A stretch of DNA of 32,000 nt from Synechocystis sp. PCC 6803 substr. PCC-P (GTDB taxonomy: Bacteria > Cyanobacteriota > Cyanobacteriia > Cyanobacteriales > Microcystaceae). The DNA lies in NCBI RefSeq assembly GCF_000284455.1, contig NC_017039.1, positions 1,290,001 through 1,322,000 of the forward strand, read 5' to 3'. A program made the position numbers and the translations under genes. Of this stretch, positions 8,192 to 15,470 are shown one piece after another. The number at the start of each line of letters is the position of its first letter. The first letter of the stretch is position 1. A model generated the notes under the pieces. The model did no database searches and was not told the origin of the DNA. It worked only from the letters and a program-made list of their open reading frames with translations.

Positions 8192-8797
8192 ATGACCACC
8201 ACCCTCGACGAAGTGCTCGACCTTTTCAAACAGGTCGCCCAAGCCCAGAAAGAAACCGATCGCCTATTGCGGGAACAATCTCAAGAAACCGATCGCCAGT
8301 TACGGGAATCGGAACAACGATTTCAAAAATCCATTATTGAAAACGAAAAAGGCTTCAAACAGTTACGCAAGGAATTGGGTAACTTAGGGCAATCCTGGGG
8401 ACGATTTGTTGAAAATATGGTCGCCCCTGCCTGTGAAACCCTATTTTTAGACCGGGGTATTCCCGTCCATCAAGTAAGTCAACGGGTTAAAAAACGCCTG
8501 AACAGTGACACCCTGGAAATAGATATTCTCGTGCTCAACCAAGACCACGCCCTAGTGGTAGAAGTCAAAAGTAAGCTTAGTGTGCAGGATGTCAAAGATT
8601 TTTTGACTAATCTGGCAGAATTTAGAAGATTTTTTCCCGAATATGAGCAAAAACAAGTTTACGGTGCCGTTGCCGCCATGGACATTGAAGAAGGAGCCGA
8701 TAAATATGCCTACCGCCAGGGCTTATTCGTGCTGACCCAATCCGGAGAAAGCGTCAGCATTTTAAATAGCGACGAGTTCCAGCCCAAAAACTGGTGA
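8192..8797 (+). CDS. Coiled-coil protein with a PD-(D/E)XK nuclease-like C-terminal domain
   Basis: The N-terminal 70 aa are charged heptad-like repeats (KETDRLLREQSQETDRQLRESEQ). The C-terminal part has E..(n)..EIDILVL-(x9)-VVEVKSK, the D...ExK arrangement of restriction-endonuclease-fold proteins. Assignment is by motif only. Confidence 0.55.
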   Translation: MTTTLDEVLDLFKQVAQAQKETDRLLREQSQETDRQLRESEQRFQKSIIENEKGFKQLRKELGNLGQSWGRFVENMVAPACETLFLDRGIPVHQVSQRVKKRLNSDTLEIDILVLNQDHALVVEVKSKLSVQDVKDFLTNLAEFRRFFPEYEQKQVYGAVAAMDIEEGADKYAYRQGLFVLTQSGESVSILNSDEFQPKNW

Positions 8798-8800
8798 GAC

Positions 8801-9238
8801 CTAGGTATTGGGCCAAAAATCTGAATCTAGAATTTCTACAATGGTGAATGGACAACTATCCGGAAATTGATCATCCGGTAAATCGGTTTCCGCAATGGCC
8901 AAATCCCTCGCCTCCTGCCAACTTTCCGCCATCGCTTCGTCCAAACGGGATTTTAGTCCCGGATTCCGTCTTAACAACTTGGCTAGGGATGTTCGCTGAA
9001 CTCGGATAGTTGCCCGCCAGCTATTAGTCCGTTTCCAATGTTGAACCTGCCATTTCAAAAGATGGGCGACTAAAACCATTAAGCGTGATTCAAGTTGGTC
9101 ATAGTGACGATTCCCCAAATCTTGAATCTCCTCTATCAAATGCTCCAAATCTAACTGTTCAAAACGTTTTTGAGACAAAAGATCCGCTTGTTGCTGAGTC
9201 CAAGTAAAAAAATCCTCAGTATAAAGAAGACTATCCAT
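8801..9238 (-). CDS. DUF29 domain protein
   Basis: MDSLLYTEDFFTWTQQQADLL...LDLEHLIEEIQDLGNRH...LVAHLLKWQVQHWKRTNSWRATI is a classic DUF29 pattern. I prefer the ATG at 9238 because the 15 upstream codons of the track ORF (to 9283) have no counterpart in the other copies. That ATG overlaps the upstream gene stop (ATGGATAG). Confidence 0.8.
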   Translation of the reverse strand: MDSLLYTEDFFTWTQQQADLLSQKRFEQLDLEHLIEEIQDLGNRHYDQLESRLMVLVAHLLKWQVQHWKRTNSWRATIRVQRTSLAKLLRRNPGLKSRLDEAMAESWQEARDLAIAETDLPDDQFPDSCPFTIVEILDSDFWPNT

Positions 9239-9683
9239 GGCCGATTTCTCCCAACCAATCTTCCACCTCTGACAATTGTTCAAAATCCAGCAACGCCTCC
9301 CCCAAACTTTCCAACTGAATCGTCCCCAACTGTCGAACCCGCTCCACTAGACCATTAGGCAATACTCCAAACCGCCGGGTTAAAATCCGCAAGATCAAGG
9401 GTGATTCCCCCCGTTGTTCTCCCCGCTGAAGTCCTAACTTCAGACCTCGTTCCAGTCCCTGCTGTTCGCCTTTCCGCATCGACTCTGCCACAATACTTTG
9501 GTAAACCACCGATTCCCGCATAACTCCCTCCCTAAGGTATAGGTTAATCAAAGACTTTTCAAAATTGATCCCAGCTAATAACTGAAGACAGGCAGCTACA
9601 TTATTTCGTTCAGCCCTGTCCTCGATTATATCCACTCGCCTTGCCACATTGGCTAGTAAACTGACTCCGACGGATTCTTCCAT
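9231..9683 (-). CDS. Stand-alone DUF4351-like protein (C-terminal module of Rpn/YhgA-type PD-(D/E)XK 'transposase-like' proteins, nuclease domain absent)
   Basis: MRESVVYQSIVAE..GEQQG....LILRILTRRFGVLPNGLVERVRQLGTIQLESLGEALLDFEQLSEVEDWL matches the tail I recall from cyanobacterial Rpn-family proteins. The ORF is only 150 aa, and just 25-49 nt separate it from the divergent pentapeptide gene. There is therefore no room for the N-terminal nuclease domain. Confidence 0.55.
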   Translation of the reverse strand: MEESVGVSLLANVARRVDIIEDRAERNNVAACLQLLAGINFEKSLINLYLREGVMRESVVYQSIVAESMRKGEQQGLERGLKLGLQRGEQRGESPLILRILTRRFGVLPNGLVERVRQLGTIQLESLGEALLDFEQLSEVEDWLGEIGHG

Positions 9684-9732
9684 AACTTAAGATGATTAGA
9701 GAGTTGATTTGATTTTTCCCCTCTCAAAATTT

Positions 9733-10683
9733 ATGGAAGCCAAGGAATTGGTCCAACGCTATCGCAACGGCGAAACTTTATTTACAGGGCTAAAATTACC
9801 GGGGATTAATCTAGAAGCCGCCGATTTGATCGGTATTGTGCTCAATGAAGCGGATTTACGGGGGGCTAACCTGCTTTTTTGTTACCTCAACCGGGCTAAT
9901 CTAGGTCAGGCTAATTTGGTGGCGGCGAACCTAAGTGGGGCTAGTTTAAACCAGGCAGACCTGGCCGGAGCCGATCTACGCAGTGCCAATTTTCACGGGG
10001 CCATGCTCCAGGATACGAATTTAATTGGGGCGGATCTACGGGGAGCGGATTTAAGTGGTGCTACCCTCACCGGGGCCTGTTTGCGGGGAGCTAATATGCG
10101 TCAGGAAAAAAAGGGCTACTACACCAATCTCCAGGCCGCTATCCTCGGTCGGGCAGACCTCCAGGGGGCCAACATGAAGGGGGTAGATTTAAGCCGGGCA
10201 GATTTAAGCTACGCTAACTTGAAGGAGGCTAATCTGCGAGATGTGGATTTGCGTAAGGCAGACCTGAGCTACGCCAACTTAAAAGGGGCCCTGCTAACTG
10301 ACGCTAACTTGTCGGGGGCAAAGTTAAATGGTGCCGATTTACAAAATGCCAATTTGATGCGAGCGAAGATTTCTGAGGCAGAAATGACGGCAGTGAATTG
10401 CCAGGGGGCCATTATGACCCATGTCAACCTGAATCGGACCAATCTCACGGGGTCCAATTTGAGCTTCACCCGCATGAACAGTGCCGACCTGAGTCGGGCC
10501 AACTTGACTAAAGCTAACCTACAGGAAGCAGAGCTGATTGAAGCATTTTTTGCCAGGGCCAATTTGACGGAGGCCAACTTCATCAATGCCAACTTGGTGC
10601 GGGCGGATCTAATGAGTGCCAATATGGTGGGGGCAGATTTTCAAGGGGCGACTATGCCGGATGGGCAAGTGCGTCACCACTAG
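9733..10683 (+). CDS. Pentapeptide-repeat protein
   Basis: About 60 consecutive A(D/N)LxX pentapeptides (ADLRGANL, ANLSGASL, and so on). The track ORF begins at a TTG (9709). The first ATG (MEAKELVQRY) is at 9733. Confidence 0.9.
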   Translation: MEAKELVQRYRNGETLFTGLKLPGINLEAADLIGIVLNEADLRGANLLFCYLNRANLGQANLVAANLSGASLNQADLAGADLRSANFHGAMLQDTNLIGADLRGADLSGATLTGACLRGANMRQEKKGYYTNLQAAILGRADLQGANMKGVDLSRADLSYANLKEANLRDVDLRKADLSYANLKGALLTDANLSGAKLNGADLQNANLMRAKISEAEMTAVNCQGAIMTHVNLNRTNLTGSNLSFTRMNSADLSRANLTKANLQEAELIEAFFARANLTEANFINANLVRADLMSANMVGADFQGATMPDGQVRHH

Positions 10684-10697
10684 AAATTTTACGGTAT

Positions 10698-11807
10698 CTA
10701 TAACCAACCTTTGAGGCGGCGGGCCACTTGGGGACGACGGAGTTTCCGCATGGCTTTGCTTTGGATTTGTCTAACCCTTTCCCGGGAAAGATTAAACATA
10801 TTGCCCACTTCCTCAAGGGTGTAACTTTGGTGGCTGGCAATGCCGTAGCGCAGACAAATCACTTCCATTTCCCGTTCCGTTAGTACCTCGGCCAATACTT
10901 CGACAATTTCCCGCCGCAACATGGATTCATTCATCAAATCCTCCGGCAACTGCAGTTGTTGATCTTCTAGTAGATCTACCAACTCGGTGTCTTCCCCTTT
11001 GCCTACCCGATGGTTTAAGGACAGGGACTGACGACGCAATTGCAGTAATTGTCTTAGTTGGGCAGGGGTAATGTCCAAAGCAGCGGCCAATTCCCCTTCG
11101 TTGGGATTGCGCTTCAATTCCTGCTTGAGACTGCGTTGGGCTTTCTTGATTTTGTTGAGCTTTTCCACCACATGGATGGGCAAACGAATGGTGCGAGCGT
11201 CATTGGCAATGGTGCGGGTGATGGCCTGGCGGATCCACCAGTAGGCATAGGTGGAAAATTTATAACCTTTATCGGGATCAAACTTTTCTGCGGCTCGGTT
11301 GAGACCGATCGCCCCTTCTTGGATCAGGTCGAGGAAGGGAACACCACGGTTGAGGTAACGCTTGGCAATGGAAACCACTAGGCGGAGATTGGAGCGGATC
11401 ATCCGTCGTTTGGCAGCCCGCAGTTGATAAAGCCAAATCTCAAATTGTCTGACCTGGGGAAATTCTAGGGCTTGCCCCCACTCCTGGAGGGAAGGCGTTC
11501 GTTCCAGTTGTTGGGTGAGTTGTTGTCTAACATCTTCTGCGCTGACCAACAATCGGATTTGTCTAGCCAATTCCACTTCTTCGGCGGCACTCAGGAGGGG
11601 ATAGCGGGCCATTTCTTTAAAAAAAGCCCCCACAGTGTCTTCACTTACTGCTTTATTAAAACTTCCTTGTTGGCCATCTCCCAGGGTGACTTCGATCGCC
11701 GGAGGGTCATCATTGGCGATCGCCTGGCCATCAGCGAGGCCATCCAAAGCCTGCCATTGGTCAACGGCACTGGTGTTGGGGGTGGAGAGGGAAGACATAT
11801 CGCTCAT
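10698..11807 (-). CDS. sigE: Group 2 sigma-70 factor SigE
   Basis: Regions 1.2-4.2 are present: DLIQEGAIGLNRAAEKFDP, YAYWWIRQAITR, and the region 4.2 helix-turn-helix TLEEVGNMFNLSRERVRQI. The 369-aa size and the position next to thrC fit Synechocystis sigE (sll1689) from memory. Confidence 0.85.
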   Translation of the reverse strand: MSDMSSLSTPNTSAVDQWQALDGLADGQAIANDDPPAIEVTLGDGQQGSFNKAVSEDTVGAFFKEMARYPLLSAAEEVELARQIRLLVSAEDVRQQLTQQLERTPSLQEWGQALEFPQVRQFEIWLYQLRAAKRRMIRSNLRLVVSIAKRYLNRGVPFLDLIQEGAIGLNRAAEKFDPDKGYKFSTYAYWWIRQAITRTIANDARTIRLPIHVVEKLNKIKKAQRSLKQELKRNPNEGELAAALDITPAQLRQLLQLRRQSLSLNHRVGKGEDTELVDLLEDQQLQLPEDLMNESMLRREIVEVLAEVLTEREMEVICLRYGIASHQSYTLEEVGNMFNLSRERVRQIQSKAMRKLRRPQVARRLKGWL

Positions 11808-12103
11808 AGGTTGAAAAAACTAAACGGAAACAATCGAGAAAGGAAAAGATGTGGCAACAACAAGGCCACCCAAGGAAACAGAAAACAACCAGAAATTATC
11901 CAATCGGCCAGAGCATCATCCAGATAGACCACCCCAACGGTTAAGGCTCTCCACTTTCAGCTATGCGCACTGCGGTAGTGGTGTTCCAGAACCAGATACC
12001 AGTCCCCGTGGCTAGATTGTGTCATTGATTTTCCAAAAATGGCAAAACTTTAGTTTTTTTTAATATCTATCTGTCCAAAATATCGTTAAATTTTCACGGC
12101 AGT

Positions 12104-12117
12104 GTAATTCGTGATAC
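12104..12117 (-). promoter_or_regulatory. Candidate NtcA binding site (GTA-N8-TAC) of the sigE promoter
   Basis: GTAattcgtgaTAC is a perfect consensus. On the minus strand a TAN3T box (TATTTT) follows 21 nt downstream, the spacing of NtcA class II activated promoters. It lies about 300 nt upstream of the sigE ATG. Confidence 0.55.
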
Positions 12118-12184
12118 AAACTTGATTTGATCGCCATTTTTGTCAGCTTTCCTTAATTTCAAGGCGATCAACGTTAAAATTGCC

Positions 12185-12216
12185 AAAAAAATCCGCCCTG
12201 GTGAAACCACAGCGGA
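12185..12216 (-). terminator. Putative intrinsic terminator of thrC
   Basis: The minus strand reads TCCGCTGTGGtttcACCAGGGCGGA followed by T7, an imperfect GC-rich hairpin about 100 nt after the thrC stop and upstream of the sigE promoter. Confidence 0.45.
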
Positions 12217-12321
12217 CAATTTCCTAAAAGGAATGATTAATGAAAATTAGTGGGAAAAATACGGCAGTTAACCAATTAAATCCAATCAAATCAGTCAATA
12301 ACCCTAGTTTCCTGCTGAAAT

Positions 12322-13623
12322 CTAGACCAAAACCTGTTGCCATTCCAAGCGTTCCAACGTGCGGGAGCGCTCCAGGGCCCGCTCAAAGCTATCCAGGTTG
12401 GCATCGATGGTGAGGGGTTCTCCCACATGGCTTTGTACCGCTTCCTGGGTTTTTAAACCATTACCAGTGATGTAGACCACCGTAGTTTCTTCGGGATCAA
12501 TTTTGCCCGCTTCCACTAGTTTTTTCAGCACTGCAACGGTGGTGCCCCCAGCGGTTTCGGTAAAGATGCCTTCGGTTTCCGCCAACAGCTTGATCCCTTC
12601 GATAATTTCGGCATCGTTGACGCTTTCAATGTTGCCATTGGTTTTGCGGGCAATGTCCAGGGCATAAACTCCGTCAGCGGGGTTGCCGATGGCAATGGAT
12701 TTAGCAATGGTGTTGGGTTTGACTGGCTTAACAAAGTCCCGGCCCTCTTGGAAAGCAGTGGCGATGGGGGAACAACCCTCTGCTTGGGCACCACTGAAAC
12801 GCACTGGCTTATCATCCACCAAACCGACTTTGATAAATTCTTGGAAGCCCTTGTGGATTTTGGTGAACAGGGAACCGGAAGCGAGGGGAGCCACAATGTG
12901 GTCGGGCAATTTCCAACCCAATTGTTCCGCCACCTCAAAGCCCAGGGTTTTGGAGCCTTCGGAGTAGTAGGGGCGCAGGTTAATGTTCACGAAACCCCAG
13001 CCGTAGCTGTTGCCCACTTCACAGCAGAGACGATTGACCTGGTCATAGTTGCCTTTCACTGCCATTAGGGTGGGATTGTAAATCAAGGTCCCCAATACTT
13101 TGCCTGCTTCCAAATCCGCCGGGATAAACACACAGCAGTCCAAACCGGCATGGGCGGCGATCGCCGCAGTGGAGTTGGCCAAATTACCGGTGCTGGCGCA
13201 GGAAACGGTGGTGAAGCCCAATTCCCGGGCCCTGGTCAGAGCAACGGACACCACCCGGTCCTTGAAGCTCAAGGTGGGCATATTAACCGCATCGTTTTTA
13301 ATGTAGAGATTTTTCAGCCCCAGGCGGCGGGCTAAACGATGGGATTTAACCAAGGGGGTCATGCCAGTGCCCACATCAATTACATCTTTACCAGTGACGG
13401 GCAGAAAGGCGCGGTAACGCCAAATGGAATTAGGACCCGCTTCAATGGTTTCCCTCGTAACGTGGCGGCGGATTAAATCGTAGTCGTAGGCCACTTCCAG
13501 AGGAGCAAAGGTTTCCTCACAGATGTGTAGTGCTTTGAGGGGATATTCGGTATTGCCTTCCTTGGAAACCAGTTTGGTACAAGCGGAAATAAATTCTGGA
13601 GCCGTGGTGGTGGCGGTGGTCAT
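12322..13623 (-). CDS. thrC: Threonine synthase
   Basis: 433 aa. The PLP-lysine motif is PTLSFKDR, with strong ThrC-like sequence throughout (GNLANSTAAIAAHAG, GNPADG). Confidence 0.95.
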   Translation of the reverse strand: MTTATTTAPEFISACTKLVSKEGNTEYPLKALHICEETFAPLEVAYDYDLIRRHVTRETIEAGPNSIWRYRAFLPVTGKDVIDVGTGMTPLVKSHRLARRLGLKNLYIKNDAVNMPTLSFKDRVVSVALTRARELGFTTVSCASTGNLANSTAAIAAHAGLDCCVFIPADLEAGKVLGTLIYNPTLMAVKGNYDQVNRLCCEVGNSYGWGFVNINLRPYYSEGSKTLGFEVAEQLGWKLPDHIVAPLASGSLFTKIHKGFQEFIKVGLVDDKPVRFSGAQAEGCSPIATAFQEGRDFVKPVKPNTIAKSIAIGNPADGVYALDIARKTNGNIESVNDAEIIEGIKLLAETEGIFTETAGGTTVAVLKKLVEAGKIDPEETTVVYITGNGLKTQEAVQSHVGEPLTIDANLDSFERALERSRTLERLEWQQVLV

Positions 13624-13997
13624 GGGGCAAAGTCCTAAATTTCATTAATCTTTCGGCATGCTAACACGGGGCAAAATGGGCGTCAATTAATCCCGACTAA
13701 TTTTATCGGGTTTAGTTTTCTTGCACCAAAATGACCTTTTTTTACCCAGCATTGATGGGAAGACTCGGCAGGGAGCGAGCTAAAATAGGTCGGTTTTCCC
13801 CAAGGGAATTAAGCCCCGTAACTTTGGTTGGTTCCTAGACAACGGTTTGTTAAATGGGGTGTTTCTTCCCCACTGAACCCCCGAAAACCCTAGTGAGGCT
13901 GGGCAATTTTGAGCCTATGACCACTAAATAATGGGGCGACGAGCTTGGCAAACACACTCTAAAAACCCAGAGAAATTCGAGAAAATTCGAGAAATTA

Positions 13998-15470
13998 ATG
14001 AAACTAACTTGGTTGAATTCCTCGCGTCGGTTGATCTCGGTCATCATTTACTTGACCATTTTCATTCGGGTTTTGACCCTTGGCCTCTACGCTGTGGCGG
14101 ACAGAACTGAAGCCCGCTACGCAGAAATTGGCCGCAAAATGGCAGAAACCGGCGACTGGATTACTCCCCAAATCGACTACGGTGTACCTTTTTGGGGTAA
14201 ACCCCCCCTGTCTACCTGGTTGACGGCGGCATCATTTAAGGTTTTTAGTGTTAACGAATTTGCGGCTAGATTATCTTCTTTTATTCCCATTTTATTAGCC
14301 AGTTACTTGGTTTATTTATTGGCAAAAAATAAGGGAATTAACTACGCCTTAGTTAGCACCATGATCTTGATTACTACCCTGGGCTTCTTTGTCAGCAGTG
14401 GGGCAGTAATGACAGATCCAGCTTTGGTGTTGGGGACTACCCTATCTATGGTCGGTTTTTGGCAAGCTTACCGGGGTGAATCTAATGCAGGGCGTCTCTG
14501 GGGATATCTATTTTTTGTTGGGCTGGCGATCGGTTTATTAGCCAAGGGGCCCATTGGAGTTGTATTAGTTTTTCTCCCCCTATTTATTTGGATAATTTGG
14601 CAGAGAAATTTGCCCAGGGTTTGGAGACAATTACCTTGGATTCAAGGTATTTTATTGACGGCATTAATAGCAGTGCCATGGTATCTTTTGGCGGAAGCTA
14701 AAACCCCCGGTTTTTTGGATTATTTCATTGTCGGAGAACATTGGAAGCGCTTTGTGGAAAAGGGTTGGGAGGGAGATTTATACGGCAGTGGCCACGCCCA
14801 TCCCTACGGCATGATCTGGGTGTATTGGTTGCTAGCGGCATTTCCCTGGTCATTGCTAACGTTGGGATTAGTAGGCAAGATTTTTTGGCAAATTAAAGTC
14901 AAACAAACTAAGCTGACTTTACCAACATTAGACTCGGAATGGCTTAGTTATTTGCTGTTGTGGACTGTGGCCCCAATGGTTTTCTTTACCCCCTCGGCCA
15001 ATATTTTATGGACTTATGTTTTACCAGGCTTACCGGCATTTGCTTTGCTGTTGACGGAATTATTATTCATGGTTTGGCACGATCAGCCAGTCAATAAATA
15101 TCTCATTGCTCCTGGTCTATTAATTCCTTTAGTATTTCTCTTTGCTTTACCAATAGTCATAAATGTAGCTAATAATAATTCGCAGAAATATGTCGTCGAA
15201 CAATATCAACAATCCTGTAGGGAATCGGTACAGGAACCTAACTGTCAGTTGTTTTATGTGTTTAATCGACCCTACTCGGCGGAATTTTATTCTTCTGGTA
15301 AAGCAAAAAAAGTGGAAATGCACGAAATAGCCGCTGTTCTCAACAATAATAACCGCAATTATTTTGTTATTCGCACTGATGCGATTAAAGAGTTTCCTCC
15401 AGAAATTGCATCAAAATTAAATCAAGTGACTCAATACAGTGCCTATACCCTTTTTTCCCAGACTAATTGA
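13998..15470 (+). CDS. GT-C fold membrane glycosyltransferase (ArnT/PMT, family 39/83-like)
   Basis: 490 aa with about 11 predicted hydrophobic helices. The N-terminal loop DRTEARYAEIGRKMAETGDWITPQIDYGVPFWGKPPL is typical of ArnT/dolichyl-phosphate-mannose-type transferases. Confidence 0.8.
   Translation: MKLTWLNSSRRLISVIIYLTIFIRVLTLGLYAVADRTEARYAEIGRKMAETGDWITPQIDYGVPFWGKPPLSTWLTAASFKVFSVNEFAARLSSFIPILLASYLVYLLAKNKGINYALVSTMILITTLGFFVSSGAVMTDPALVLGTTLSMVGFWQAYRGESNAGRLWGYLFFVGLAIGLLAKGPIGVVLVFLPLFIWIIWQRNLPRVWRQLPWIQGILLTALIAVPWYLLAEAKTPGFLDYFIVGEHWKRFVEKGWEGDLYGSGHAHPYGMIWVYWLLAAFPWSLLTLGLVGKIFWQIKVKQTKLTLPTLDSEWLSYLLLWTVAPMVFFTPSANILWTYVLPGLPAFALLLTELLFMVWHDQPVNKYLIAPGLLIPLVFLFALPIVINVANNNSQKYVVEQYQQSCRESVQEPNCQLFYVFNRPYSAEFYSSGKAKKVEMHEIAAVLNNNNRNYFVIRTDAIKEFPPEIASKLNQVTQYSAYTLFSQTN

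Noticed and set aside
10269-10622. 117-aa antisense ORF inside the pentapeptide-repeat gene.
   Set aside because: The periodic A/L-rich repeats keep the opposite strand open by chance, and the product is low-complexity (LA.K/LALV..). The sense gene is clearly the real one.
9733-10683. Short periodic DNA repeats that could superficially resemble an array.
   Set aside because: The 15-nt periodicity reflects coding pentapeptide repeats. There is no repeat-spacer structure, and no CRISPR array occurs anywhere in the window.
11058-11927. Plus-strand ORFs (107 and 151 aa) antisense to sigE.
   Set aside because: They lie entirely within, or run out of, a gene with unambiguous sigma-70 homology. 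They have no motifs and a Gly/Leu-rich composition typical of antisense frames.
12525-13335. Five overlapping ORFs in alternative frames of thrC.
   Set aside because: GC-rich genes keep several frames open. thrC homology explains the region completely.
13691-13725. Hairpin CCCGA-ctaatttta-TCGGG followed by a T-rich run on the plus strand, upstream of thrC.
   Set aside because: It looks like a terminator on the plus strand, but no plus-strand gene precedes it. The stem is only 5 bp, and I cannot distinguish it from chance.
13850-14047. 65-aa minus-strand ORF across the start of the GT-C gene.
   Set aside because: It overlaps the well-supported glycosyltransferase start and the divergent promoter region, and has no motif.
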